A stretch of DNA of 62,249 bases, counting the filler, from Sphacelaria rigidula (lineage: Eukaryota), in assembly GCA_964200075.2 (NCBI GenBank). It is 2 parts of 2 records of this genome, joined end to end, with 100 filler letters (N's around TTAATTAATTAA, not from the genome) between each part and the next. Parts side by side here need not be neighbours in the genome. Positions count along the whole stretch, not along the records: positions 31,225 to 62,249 come from CAXNAA020000052.1; 1 more part is not named here. The stretch is one strand, 5' to 3'. Below, piece after piece: positions 36,002-49,500 of the stretch (its first letter is position 1; every line of letters begins with the position of its first letter). The position numbers and the translations under genes are program-made. The notes beneath the pieces were generated by a model, which was given only the letters and a program-made list of their open reading frames with translations, searched no databases and was not told the origin of the DNA.

Positions 36002-36856
36002 TTGGTGTCGAGATAGCCGGAAGCTGACCCCCCCCCGGTCAAGTACTCCAGCCGGGACCCCGAATAACCGGCCACCAAGACAAAAAAATAAACAAAAACC
36101 TCTTCGAGTTTTAGGGACTAACGTCCAGAACATGTGTGCAAATTTTCATGTTCTAACTCGCAGAAACGGCGCGAGGAAATTGCAAAACGTGCGCTACAGT
36201 GTAAAAAAGTCTGTAATTACTTGATTCAAGTACAGAATCGCCTTTTTGGGGGGTCGTTTCCACGGTAAAAGACCCAGCCGATTCAGTTTTTCGAGTTGAG
36301 CAACGAAAATTGGTACACATGTTCCTTGGGATATCACCTAACCCTAAGAGTTCAAAATTTTGGTGTCGGGGCATTCTGTACCGGTTTCCTGGGATCTTTA
36401 TGCTGGGACCCCCGAAAGCCGGTAGAGAACGGAGAAACTTTGAAATCTTGCCAATAATACAATTTTTCCATTTTGGAAGATCAATACCTACGGAACTGCA
36501 AAGTTTGAGGGAGATCTGAACTTTTCTCCAACAGATAAAAGGGAAATCGTCACGAGGCTCCGTGGGTCTTTCGTACGTATCATGAGTGGAAATTAGACGA
36601 CGCCAAAGCTCCATATCACCAAAACATTACGGTTTTGGGAGAAATTCCACCCCGTTGGAACCGTTTTCAACTCTGTTTCTCCCGTTAGATTCCCAAGCTG
36701 ATGACGGTCACTACGATTTGAACCATGTGGAGATTCGGTGGAAATTGGGCTTGGAATTCGTGTTTTCAATTTTGGAACAATTTGAAAGGCGCTGGTTGGT
36801 CGAGACATATTGTTGTCCATAGCGCCACCGCTATAGCCTTGAATAAAAATCCGGCT
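36002..36856. mobile_element. Second copy of the modular (HINE-like) element, flanked by (TTA)n
   Basis: TTATTATTATTATT on both sides; AGCCGGA near the left end and TCCGGCT at the right end; stem-loop ATAGCG-ccac-CGCTAT near the right end. Confidence 0.65.
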
Positions 36857-37678
36857 TATTATTATTATTGTTTCCGCACATTAGTCCGATCTCGCCAACC
36901 CGTGGTCACAGACGTAGGCTCGTCTTTCCAATACCGTCCTTGCTATTCTTTATCGACTATGTCACCCTTCTTGTCTGTTCATTGCGGTCAGTATGATACC
37001 ACATTTGTGCATATTGGCTGTGTTTTGCGTTCGTCATCAGCCAGGGTCAAAATTTTGTGCGTTCAATCTGAACCAGCCTGTATGCACAGATAGCATTACA
37101 CTAATTACAAATACACCCCCGACGCCATTATCGCAACGGACAGCACATGGTACTAGGTAATCCAAGTTATGAGCGACAAAAAAACAATCCCGACAACTCG
37201 CAATCAGCAGCAACCGAAGCTACCAAATTGCTTCGTTTTTCGGAACCCAGGAAAAATTGGGGCTGTGAACTGGCAGCTCTGGCCAGTTGAGTTTAACCCT
37301 AAGACGCCAACAGTAGGTCATCTGTTGAATCGGCATCAATTTAACCTGAAAAATGTATGCACAATCCAGATAGACTACCCTCGCCGTCTAAGGGTTAAAC
37401 TGGCCTCGCCAGCGGTTAGTACATCGATGTTTTCCCAATCAACCCTTTTGCGACCGGGCCTCCAGAATGACCAATGAGGCTGGTTAGAAATGACGTGTCT
37501 GGTGCCTGCACGAAACAGTACAGTGGCGTGTTGCTGAAAATCTGCGTGCGTAACCGCAGGGTTATGACGACGGCCGAAAGTTTGTCCAATCTATTTTCAG
37601 GTGCAGGGTGGGCATTAAATAGGGTACATCTGATGTAGCAAGCAGTAACCGCAGGGTTATGAGGAAGACCAAAAGTTT

Positions 37679-37872
37679 CAAGAGCAGGTCGAGTAGAGTA
37701 TACTCAAGTGCGGGGTATTTTGAAAGACGTACTTGAGGTACCCAAATAAGGGTAGAGTGTTAGGAGTCGTACCCAAAAAATAACGGGAAAGCGAGCCCTG
37801 AAACCCTATCCCCCATTTGTGTACTTCGAGTACGAGTTTCAAAATGAGTATACTTTACTCGACCTGCACTAA
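37679..37872. mobile_element. ~195-bp hAT-like MITE
   Basis: TIR core GCAGGTCGAGTARAGTATACTCA; 8-bp TSD AAAAGTTT (37671-37678, 37873-37880). Confidence 0.85.
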
Positions 37873-38289
37873 AAAAGTTTAATCCAATCTATTTTCAGGT
37901 GCAACGTGCGCATTAGGCAGTGTACATCTGATGTAGCAAGCAGTATGGGTCGCGGTAGAGAGCTTTCAACAGGATGCGGCGACCGGCGGGCCGCCCGCCA
38001 CGTGTGGCTTTGGATATTATTGTCCCCATCACCTTGCCACACAGCCCTTTGTGGTCGGGGTGGGCCGCCATTTCCCTCTTTGTTGCATGTGGCAAAATCT
38101 CTTCGAAGGGTAACAGCGTTGCGGCGCGCATGCATACAGTATAGTACAGTACAGTGTAGTACGCCTCTCCGGCTGCAGCAGCAGCTGCCACTGCATACCC
38201 CCATGCACGTTCTGGGCAGTTCTCAGCTACCGAGATCAACTGCCTACATACCGCTTCTTCATCCCCGTCCACTACATACTTCCTCTGTG

Positions 38290-38835
38290 CCATACGTGAA
38301 GTCCGTTGTGGGGGGTAAATCGTATATCGCCAACGGAGTTGCCCACGATGCTGTAGCTAGGTTTTTTTAAAAGCTGTTAATGTGCTGATGCTCGATAAAA
38401 AAAAATCTGAGCCGAAATCACTGAGAAGTAGTGGGTCGAAACATGGCTAATTTCGACCAAATTTGACCATATTCTACAATTTTCGGCAAAAAATCGACTT
38501 TTTTGCCTGTTTTGTAACCAAGTGAAGGCAGTTATGTGACCACGTGGTTTTGGACGAGGCGTGGGTATCGTACAAAGGTGATGAATCGGAGGCATGTCGT
38601 TATTCCGACGTTTTTTCGCGATTTTGGAGTTTTTGGGTGTTTCCAATATTCTTCGCTGTTTTCCAGAAATGGGCAGAATACGGCCTTTTTTTGGGCCGAC
38701 TGAATTTTTTCGCCCGTTCGTGCATGCATAAAAGTGCGCGCAGGAAAAAAAAAGATTTCGAACTTGAATGAAAAAAACATCGAAGATTTCGAAAAAGTTA
38801 TCGCTTTTAGCATCGGTGACGGTCAAGGGTCTGTG
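38290..38835 (+). repeat. Dispersed DNA-transposon-like end, inverted diverged copy at 45171-45690
   Basis: Shared TATMTCGCCAAYGGAGTTGCCYACGATGCT, ACTGAGAAKTAGTGG, TTCGTGCATGCA and terminus GGTCTGTG. Confidence 0.65.
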
Positions 38836-41388
38836 TAGTGATAACGGACTTTACTCATGGGACAGAGGAAGTACATGTTAACTGCACACTGCAAGTCATC
38901 GGCATAGGGATAAGTAGAATTCATGACGGTAGCTCCTTTGTTCTTCCCACGGCCCACCTGGGTTTAGTGCGTCGTGAAAATGACGATATCGTAGCATGCA
39001 CACTCCTTCCCGGTTTTTCCCACTCCACCCTGTCTTGCTGTATTTACTGCGTTTTAGTGTTGGCTGGCGACCCAAAATAACTCTCGGAAAATCTCGGGAA
39101 CGCTAAACCGAATGCAAGTAATACCATAAAACCAAGCTGCAATCACCCTACATGTGGAAACGTGAAAAGTCTTATCTGGGCCAGGGATAAAGCCCCCACA
39201 CGATCTTTGCAGTAGCACCACACTCGGCAACAGTCCCCGCGCTGTACGTCGGGTCTGGTCGATAAATTTCGCCTCGACGTGATTGGGCAGGTCGCTCCCT
39301 GACTTGTTTTTTTATTATTTCACCAACACAAGGTTCAACCCTGTTACTGGGGGGTCGGTCCCAAAAGAGTTAGTCGGCTGCCGATTACCTGGGAAAACAT
39401 CGGCGGCAAGCGGCGAAGCCGCGAGCCCCAACGCCCCCCCCCGACTGGTGAGGGGTCCTCTTGGGAGCGCCGCCAGAGGAAAGAAAAAATGCGGTATTCA
39501 GCTTGTTTTCCCTTGAAAAGTGTGGACATTTTAAGAAAATTGGACCCCTCACATCGACGAACTGAGAGGCTTAGATGACATTAAAATCAAGTTTGAAGCT
39601 GTGAGCGACTCGAAAATCTTTCATCTGTAGCATGCAGCAGCAGAGACTCGCCGTGAGGAGGGGAGGATGGGAACAAGGAAGCCAAGGCTGGCAGCACGTG
39701 GGGATAAGAGCACTAAATGACATACGTCCGGGCCAACAAACACGCATGCCGTTGAACAGCAAGCCATCGTCCATGGTGTATTTTGTGGTCTCGGGTGACC
39801 GTTTCTTTTCGTTTTTGTTTTCGGATGTCGTGCAATGAAACGACAATCCTTGGCATATATCCGCCATATCACTCCGAGGTGTGGTGAGCATGTGCTGTAT
39901 CATGATCAAAACGCCTTTCATCATGCATATTGGCAAATGGCAATTGTCAATTGGGGTCTGGTGTTCGGCAGTTCCGCACCAAGCGTCCCGCCGTATACAT
40001 GTCACAACTCCCTCCTCTTTTCCTCATTCGACGGACCAGGCGTTGACCTACACGCTACGGCCGAAAAAAGGGAAAACTGCAGAATCATGAGGTACCATTG
40101 AAATAGACAGGGCAAGAAAAGCAGGAAACACCTGAAAAAGTCAGCTAGTGACTGGCCCAGGGTAAACCCGTTCATGTGCCATGGTACTACCACGGAACGC
40201 CAGATTTATACTGTACAAGTCGACCGAAACACGAAAGACGAAGCATAAAGCTGTGCACCGCTGCTTCACGCGTCATTTACGCAAGCAATGTCCGTCGATG
40301 CCTTGGAAGCGCACTTTGTCTCCATTGATACCCCCATGTTCTTTTGCAACTGTAAGGTGCAGGCCTCGATTGTCCAGTCAAATGTTACATAATGGAGTAA
40401 GCGTCTCGTCATAAACTCGTCATACTAGGATTGGTGTAAAAATAGCCGGTAACGGCGAGCCTGAAGTAAACTGGAGAAATTGGCGCCCTCGTCACGAGTT
40501 CCAGTTTAACTCCAGTCCCAGTTTAATCGACAGTATAAAGTGGTCCAGTTCACAGCCCTAGGAAAAATAGATTCTGGGCGGGATATGTGGGTGTGACATG
40601 TTCCAAAGTGTCCCGTCTTATCTCGCTCCGATGTCACACGATGTCACCCTATGTTTTATATAGCCCGAATTGCATGTGATATATCTGTTTATTCTGTTCT
40701 GATAAAACAATGCCGTATTGCAGAGAACGAGGTGTTCAAACAGAGGTGCGTCTTTCTCGCTCTCCTTTCAAGACGTACCAACAAAGCCCGTCTACCACAG
40801 CAGTTTTGTCGACCGTTGAGCAGGCATCGAGATGTCAGCCTAGCAAGTCAGGCGTAGAGCGGTACTTTGGCTGTGTGAATTTGTGTGGGATGTAGGGGAA
40901 GCTAGCGAGGTCTCGAGATGGGCGGTGTCCAGAAGACTTCATGTTAAAGAAGGACGTTCGCACTGATGCGCGGTGTGAGCATAAAGCAGTGAGTGGGTCA
41001 AGTCCGGACTTGGGGACGGGGGTTGTGAGGGTCCATGGAGAGGCTGCGCCAAGTTTGAGCGCACATCTCGGAGTCCTACTCGTTCGAGGTGTGAGGGGGT
41101 GCGTCGGCGGATGCACAGATTCTTGTGCGCTGGGAAAATCTGGACCAGGAATGCACATGATCCCCCGAAATGACCCTTTTGAAGATACAGCACACTCGTT
41201 CACTGTGCGAAATGAAGACACGTACTCTGGTGATACAGAAAACACATAGTCAATCGAAGTATTTCATATATATATATATGCACAGGTGACTTATCCGTGG
41301 AGGTTATTTGCCGACCAAGACGTACATTGTGCTGTGCTTCTCAGGTTTTTCTCGAGCATAAGCGGCGTTCCAAGATTCGTTCGACGGA

Positions 41389-43503
41389 ATGCTAATTGCA
41401 CTTGCATATCGGCGCTTTATGACGAGACGGAGAAACTGGGTCGTCACACTCCTTCTGCCCGTGATATCCTGCGCTGCTGCAGCTGCCGCTCCTTGCAGCA
41501 GTGATGCTTCCCATGTGTGGCCCGTGAACGATACAGCATCGGCCACAGCTCTGGCTGCCGCAGTAAATTGTTCTGGTGGGGTATTTAATGTGGAGTGGAC
41601 AGGAAACGTCATCGTTGAACGTGAAATTTACGTAGCCGATGGAACTTTCCTCCATGTAACTGGAAGTGATCGGGAGGCCGAAATGGAGGGGAGTGGAGAT
41701 AACCGACTCTTCACCGTCGAGAACGCCTTCTTGAATGTTAGTACTATGGTCATCAGCAATGGTAATGCCACCTTTGGCGGGGCGATCGCTTGTAAAGGAT
41801 CGAGAATGTCGTTTTATGAGACTTCGTTTGTCGGCAACGCAGCGGTGGAGGGGAACGGTGGGGCTCTCCATGTCGTCAGCGGCTCGTCCGTTTGGTGGGG
41901 TGGTCCTACAATTTTCGTCGGCAATAACGCTAATCTCGGAGGCGGCGCTGCTTTCATTGGTGATGGCTCCAGTGTTTCGTGGACAGGGGAGACATCGTTG
42001 TCCGGCAACACGGCTCACCAAGGAGGCGCGATATATGTGGATGGCAACTCCAGTGTATCCTGGGCAGCGGAGACGATATTTGACGAGAATACTGCAGTGT
42101 TTACGGGAGGCGCTTTGAACGTGTACAACGGGTCAAGAGTGTCGTGGGCAGCGACAACGACGTTCGCCAACAATAGCGGGCAGTGGGGTGGAGGCATACA
42201 TGTTGAAAACAGCTCCAAGGTATCCTGGGAAGCTGAAACGATGTTCTCGGGTAATCACGCACCGAATGGCGGTGGTGCTGGGTTGGATATCTATGACGGT
42301 TCGGCAGCATCTTGGGGGGCGGCGACGACGTTCATCGGCAACAACGCTACAGTCGTCGGCGGCGCGGTCCATGTAAACTCAGCCTCTGTATCGTGGGATG
42401 CAAAGACTACATTCGCCAGGAATATCGCAGGTGAACATGCTGGGGGTGCCATCTACCTGTTCGACGGCTCGACTGCATCCTGGACAGGGGACACGTCGTT
42501 TTCAAACAATCGCGCTGTTTTTGGGGGTGCCGTTGCTTTGGATGGCTCCCGTGCATCTTGGGAGGCGGAGACGTCGTTTATTGGTAATGCTGCAAGTGTT
42601 TCCGGGGGGGCTTTGAATGCCTTCAGAGGTTCCGCTCTATCGTGGATGAGGAAAACGTCTTTCTTAAACAACACCGCTTCTTCTAGGGGAGGAGGCGGCG
42701 TTTATGCTTTGAATCGCTCTAGTGTGTTGTGGGAGGCCGAGACTGAGTTCACGGGCAACTCGGTAACTCAAGCGGGTGGTGCTGTGCTTATTGAATACGG
42801 GTCTAGTGTGTCCTTAAAAGCGAATACATCCTTCGTCAACAACTATGCAGGTGCATCAGGGGGTGCTGTTTCTATATCGTCGTCAAATGAAAACAGTGAA
42901 GACATTATGTCCTCCATCATCATCGACAACCCAACCAAGTTCATCGAGAATAATTGCAAGGAGGGCGGAGGAGCCATGGCGATTATCGGCGAGATATCCG
43001 CGAATTTCGCACCTGAAACCTTGATGTTCGGTCGGAACTCTGCGGGCTTTGCCGGAGGGGCGGTATTCGTAGCAGGTTCAGAGTTTGGGCCACGGTTCAT
43101 TGGAGCAACGTTCTCTTCAAACCGTGCCGGTAAAGGTGGAGCTGCGTCCCTCACCGGCAGCGGGATAGCGGTTACGGACTATAAATTCCTGAATGTCACT
43201 GTTTTCGACAAATGCCTCTTCTCCGGCAACGAAGCAACAATAGATGGCGGAGCAGTGGAGACCGGGGCAGGTCACGAGAACTTCACCAATACGTTGTTCA
43301 TTGGCAATGCTGCGCAGGTTGGAGGAGCTTTAAGTCTCTCTGGCACGGCATCTGTATCCAACTGCACATTCGTCGAAAACACTTCGGCCGAGGACGAGGG
43401 CCCTGCAATCTCCAACGTGGGATCAATTTTAACGATCGACAACACTTCCTTCGCCGACAGCGCCTTCGCGTGTGCGCCCGGGAAATATCTCGGCTATGAA
43501 ATG
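41389..43503 (+). CDS. Pmp-like protein exon 1 (signal-like segment + beta-helix repeats)
   Basis: 705-codon open frame ending YEM|gtgagg; start Met uncertain (41389 or 41419). Confidence 0.88.
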
Positions 43504-46500
43504 GTGAGGTTTAACACTGTATGATTGACACATTCGTTTTTTGGCGTTGGAGATATAATGGAAAGTACGATGGCAATGCGTGTTGAAGTTTGTGCAGGAA
43601 GACGAGTATTGAATATTGTCAACGAGTTGCAAGATATCGGTGTCGGACGTTAGCGGCACCAGTACAAGAATATATTGCTACCCCTTCTTTTTCGCCATTG
43701 TCCACTGGAATATCACACATGGGTATGGTATTGTATTTTATCTGACACAAGATGCCGTCAAGATTTCCTGTATTGTGAAACGAGAAGGCTCCCGTTTTTT
43801 CCTAGTGGAAGCATCTCCCAACCTCAATTCGAAAGTCAAGGGCGGGAGCCTGGACAAGTGCCCAGCACTAGTGTAATGCTCCTCGACAGTGGCTGTCCCA
43901 GTGGCGATTCCGATGTCTCTTTCGGGGTCGCGGATTTTTGCTGGTAAAGCTCTGCCCTCGGCGATCAATAATAACCTCAATGACAAAGCAAGTGACGCTA
44001 AAGTGCTTCTACCTTGATATCTGACGGTGTTTCTGAGCGGATCACCCCACCAGTCAACTTGGGCGCACGCTCTGGCCTGGGGGTGGCAGCCGCCGTGGCG
44101 CCAATATGTTGGTGATGTCACCGTATAATGGCTTGAATTTCTGACGTACTAGGATGTCGGTTTCCCTCTACGGTAGTAGACCCCACTGATTGAATCGTGA
44201 GGAAAAGACACCTACACGTGAGGAGACAATGTATATACGGTCTGGAAAGACAACATCCTTCTACAGTACAGCCTGACGGAAACGTTTGTACTGCCCGTAT
44301 CATATACCTCCAGGTTTCGTACGTCTCCTGCGGCGCTTGTCTCTACCGTGCCGTTGTATTTGTTTGATATAGTTTTCTGGGGGGGGGGGGCTATCGTAGA
44401 ACGTGTCTGACGTTAGTTATCTGCATTTTGAGACATGGTTGAGGGCACAGCAAGACCACTTCATGTGAGACAGAAAATGTTCCGAATTCAGACGTTGGTC
44501 GAATTCCGGTTGGCCCACGGGACAGCACTCTCATGTCTTCAGCCGCTGCCCCATAGCCCATAGCCGACATTCTAGCAATCTGCGAGTCGCCGCACACCGT
44601 GATGAATATGGTCAAGTCTCTTGCGAAGCGAACTAACGCATGCACTTGATGAGAAAGCCAATCGAGCTTCAGGGCTTGGTGTGGACCATGGTCATTTTTT
44701 CTGGCTTGGTGATGAGTGTCAAGTTTTCACGTTGTCGTTGTCCCGAGAAACAGTCAGTAGTAGCACGCGGTATAAAGATGATGTGCACCAGCACATAACC
44801 GCGTCACAGAACGGTCCAGTCCAGTCCGATTCCATGCGCTTCACCACACTGCACTATACCATAAACGACACAATGTAGGGCAACCAGCACCGAAAATGAG
44901 GACATAACCGTACAGGTTTGTGTGCGCAGCGTAATGCTGTACTACACGTGTGCTCAGGTTGCGCCGCGTTTTCACCACAAACCACCACTCATTAGCTCCC
45001 GATTTACGATCAGTAGCGGTGATGTTGCCAAAGCTAGCAGGAACACCTGGACTTGCCAGCAGCGTACACACCCTAGCAAATATCAATCCAGGCGCAAAAA
45101 AATGCGACTGACGCATGTTTCTTCCAAAAAATGTACTTCCTCTGTCCCATAAGTAACGGCGCTTATGATGACACAGACCACTAGCGGTGTCTGACGCCGT
45201 AGGCGGTATATACTTTTGAAATCTTCGGTGATTATTTAGATGGAACTCGTTTATTTTTGCACGCACCACGTTGCATGCACGAATGGCCGAAAAAAAGCTG
45301 TAATGCCAATTTCTCCCCTTTTCCAGGGGCAGAACAATGACGAAAAATGCAGAAATTGTGTTCGTTAATCGTCCTCGCCGTCACTTGGGCTTGATGCCAG
45401 ATAGTCCCAGGCCTTCGTAAAGGCCCCGTGATCATATTTTACCACCGTTTCCAACGTCCCTGCCTTCTGCCGCGCCGATACCCCGGTATGCTCCACACCA
45501 AAGTCGTTATCGCCCATCGACACGAAACAATTCTCGTAAACTCACCAAATTTCCCACTTTTTGATCCACTAATTCTCAGTAAGCCCCAGTCTTTTTACCG
45601 TAGAGCTTTTCAGCAAACCTAGCTTTAGCATCGTAGGCAACTCCATTGGCGAGATATGATGTGCCCCCCATAAGGACCTTTACTGATGGGACAGGAAGAG
45701 TGTTGCAAATATCACCTTGACCGTTTGTTTCAGGTTCCTGCAGGTTGTATTTTATGTGAACAACTCCAAATTGTCGCCACGAACATGTTTTTTCACGATT
45801 GGGCATTGTGGAACGGTCTTGAAGATCATTCCGTTTTGCAGGATGATCATGTCATCGGACAGCGATTCAAACATTTTCTCTTGTTGAATATTAGCTAATG
45901 CTTGAGCTATTATTTTCATGTCGAGGAATCTGTTGTTACATATAGCCGCTTTTTTGAAGTACAAATGTGACTCCTCGCGCATTTTACGGGCGTTATTTTG
46001 TCCTGCAGGTGCCGTATATTTCTGATGGCACGACATTTATGGTCGAACCAACTTCACACGAGTTGATGCAGAAAATACTCCCAGAGAATTTCTCTACGCG
46101 CAGGTTTTCAATGGGAATATTTTGACATTGTGAGCCGAAGGAGTATCGTTTTCAAACACACGCCCTTCCGGAGCAACGGGACAATTCTAGCTATGTATGT
46201 ATAGACATATAAAAAAGGGACATACGAATATCATGCCAATTTTCCCCACGGGTTTTGCAGTATGCAAGTTAACTTCTGAGGATCATTCTACAGTTGCCGG
46301 TCAGTCCTTCACAGAAATTGTGATGGTCCACCATGCAGGGCCCATCGTTAGGTGTTGCGTGGGGGGTTGGGTCGGTATGGGTGATGCTTATACTTTTATT
46401 TCACGTATGCATACTCGTACAGCCAATCCCGATACTGTGAAGCTCGTTTACTGTGGCGCATGTGGACAGCGTCGAAACCTCCATGTTTTCTGGAGAGCAT

Positions 46501-49500
46501 TAAGCGACAGGGGTTTTGGTAGCCTAGCAAATCATCTGCCATTCACCGTACGTTAGCGTACCCCTGCGTGACACTAACCCTAAGTGAGATTCACCCTGTA
46601 AAACACGAGCAAAACTAAGAATATGGACGGAGCGTGGACATCTGTCTCTTGGGCGAGAGCGCGAGCCCTATGTGATTCCCCTCTCGCGCGTTTTTCTCCT
46701 TGATAACATGGTGTCATGCTCCGTTAGCAACTTGCATCCATTTGCTGATATGTGGGTGTTTCCCGCTGCGAAATTAAAGTGACAGAAGGTGCGCACAATT
46801 GTTGTGCGGTACAGGCCTGTTCACGCTCACTTTACTACACAGAATTCACACCCGTAAACCTTCACGCCATCTCTTGAGACTTGAGCTCTGAAAAATCGCA
46901 CACATGTATCATGGGTCATTGCGAATCGTTCGAAGAATGATTCTTTCCGATCTGCTTTTCACCAATTGTTTGGGGGTTCAGAGTCCTGGGGGATCACTTG
47001 CCTTTCTGGGACCCGCGATAATTCGTGAAATGGCAAAAATATTGCAAGACCCCACTCTTGAAAAATCGTGATGATCGATAGTGTACGTGTGCAAATGTTC
47101 AGCGTTTAATTCCCCAGCGCTGGGTAAAGTTTTGCGGATGAGTGAATTCTGGGTGATGAACGTGAACAAGCCTGTAGCGAGAAAATGGCAAGAGCACCCG
47201 CTCTATACACGGTATGGGGGTTTGTGTACCGTCCCTGTGAAGCCGGCACCCCACCACCATTTCCCTGAAGGTGTTGGTGAAGTGTCTTAGTCGCGATTGG
47301 CGCAGCAGAGGCGTGCAGAAGTCTTTGTGGTATAATGTACCCCGAAATCAAGATTTCAGCTGAATCGGAACATTTGCGGTCTCAAGCATGGGCGGCTTCT
47401 GGGTATTTCACTTATTCTATGCAGCAATGTTCCGTTTGTCGCGTATCCGCCTCAAAGTATCCCGTCTGCAATGACCCTAACCGCATGTGCTGGGAATCGA
47501 ACCCGCGAATCCTCGACCCCACGCGGGTTCGATTGTACCATCACACTATCGGGGCGTGGGGGCTGACATGTATATATATATATATACATATATTCGGCGG
47601 CTTCGCCGCCACGATCAGTGGATCGACAGCCAAGATACATGAGCACCGGTGACAGCTGTGTGCGTTGCGTAATGGCAAAGACCAAAGTTGTTTGGAGAAG
47701 AAGCCGTAGATGCACACCAGCTGAGCATGTTTGAAGATCATGCCGATTCCAAAAATGAATATTTTTGCCATTTTTGTATTCCTATGAGGAGCATAGGTGT
47801 CCCGTTCACAGGGACAAATGCAAAGGCTGGACACTCGATAAGTAGCCAAAACTCCATCAAAGGTGGACCCCTGGAACCCATTCCCCCCACAAAAACAAGG
47901 ACAAACAGATCGAGCCGTAGCTGCTCATCACCTTAGCTGCGCGTGGCCATGTATAAATCTGTTCGAAATTCCATGAGAAATGACGATTTGCGCGCGAACC
48001 GGTGATCACTGCGTGCGTTGCGTAGTGGCACACGTCATACTTTGAGAGACGCCGTAGCTGCTCATCAGCTGTGCACGTTGTTTATCCCTGAGACCGCGAG
48101 GGTAGGTCATCTGATTTTTCAATTAAAGCTGATGCTGATTGCACAGACTATCCGTGGTCGCGGTCAAAGAGTTACCACGTCGCGCAATTCTGTTCAGTAC
48201 CCAATGAGAAACGAATCGATTTTTTCCCGGGGGGACCGTGCCCCGACAGCTGTGTCGAAATAGCACGTCCATTGACTCACACATCAAGACACGGTAGAGG
48301 TGCTCAAGCCCTGCGTCGACAGGAATGCTGTGTTCGATGGCTAGCGGCTACAAGACGGATCTCTTGTCTCATGGCTGTCAAAAAATATGCTGCCGTTTTG
48401 AGCCGATTCGGTTCGATGGAGGGCCGTTGCAGGATTCACGTCGTGAAAATGATGCGAATTCGATTACAATTTCAACAGAAAGAAAGCGCACTCGGCCATA
48501 TCGAAACACGAAGCCGGTTCAAAAGCTAGAGCGATTAACAAAAATACAGTTGGAACCATGCCCTGACAGCTGTGTCGAGATAGCACGACCATTGACTCAC
48601 ACATCAAAACACGCTCGAAGTGTTCAAGCCCTGCGTCGATAAGAATACTGTTTCGATGGAGAGTGGTTGCATGATCGATCTCGTGTGAGTGAAATATCAA
48701 ACAAATGCGGCGCCGATTCGATGTTTATGGCGGTAGCACCCCCGACGGACGAACAGCCCTGCCGCGCTGAGACAGGAAATGCATGGCAACGCGAGCCTCA
48801 ACGCCACGCAGAAGACAGCCCTAAGGCAATACAGAACACACTGCGACCGGCTGCCGACTCAAATCTGAAAAAAATAGAAGCCGTCGTTTCTGGCGCCTCA
48901 TGATGAAAAAATCGCATGTATGGTACACAGTTTGATTGAACGCGGGGATCTCATTACCCCCGCAAACGAAAAATACACAGGTTGTCGAATATTGTCCACC
49001 CGCGACATGGTCGTTCTCTACTGGTGGGCTTGGTGGAAGATAAAATCGAAGATCGTGTGACTGCACTAAGACTCTAACCCGCTATCCAACCGTCACAAGG
49101 TGTCGAGGTTACCAACTGAGCCACAGGGGCGACCGGCTGCCGGCTCAAAGATGGAAAAGTAGAAGTTGTTGTTTTTAGCGCCTCAAAATAAAAAATCGCA
49201 TGTAACGTAGAGTAGCAGCAGCAGCTACAACAGCAGTCCAGAGACAGTAAAAGGGAAGTACAGTCGAAACGATCCGACATGCAGGCAAGATCACAACATC
49301 CTCGAGGTGTGCCCCGAGAATTGAACGGAGAGCGATGGCACACTGCTATTTCGTACAGTTCCGAGTCAACTGAGCATGATGCCGATACAATTCTCAAGTG
49401 AAAACGATGCCGGTTCCACGAATGAACGTGGCCTGTGTGCGGTCGAGAGGTGGCATCTCCGATGGTCAAAGGGTCCACCGAGACGTCCAGCGAGGAACTG

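Larger units (their letters stand above)
37258..40560. mobile_element. 3.3-kb non-autonomous hAT-like DNA transposon with nested insertions
   Basis: TIRs TGGGGCTGTGAACTGG ... CCAGTTCACAGCCCTA; perfect 8-bp TSD GGAAAAAT (37250-37257, 40561-40568); no intact transposase ORF. Confidence 0.85.

Noticed and set aside
36695-36730. Hammerhead ribozyme core (CTGATGA)
   Set aside because: No correctly placed GAAA or stems, and the sister copy at 19623 lacks the core.
41389-43524. Bacterial contamination or recent horizontal transfer of a Pmp autotransporter
   Set aside because: The frame ends at a GT donor and continues in phase through three spliced exons; no beta-barrel domain.
47440-47555. Functional tRNA gene
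   Set aside because: A/B boxes are present, but no acceptor stem or anticodon arm could be folded.
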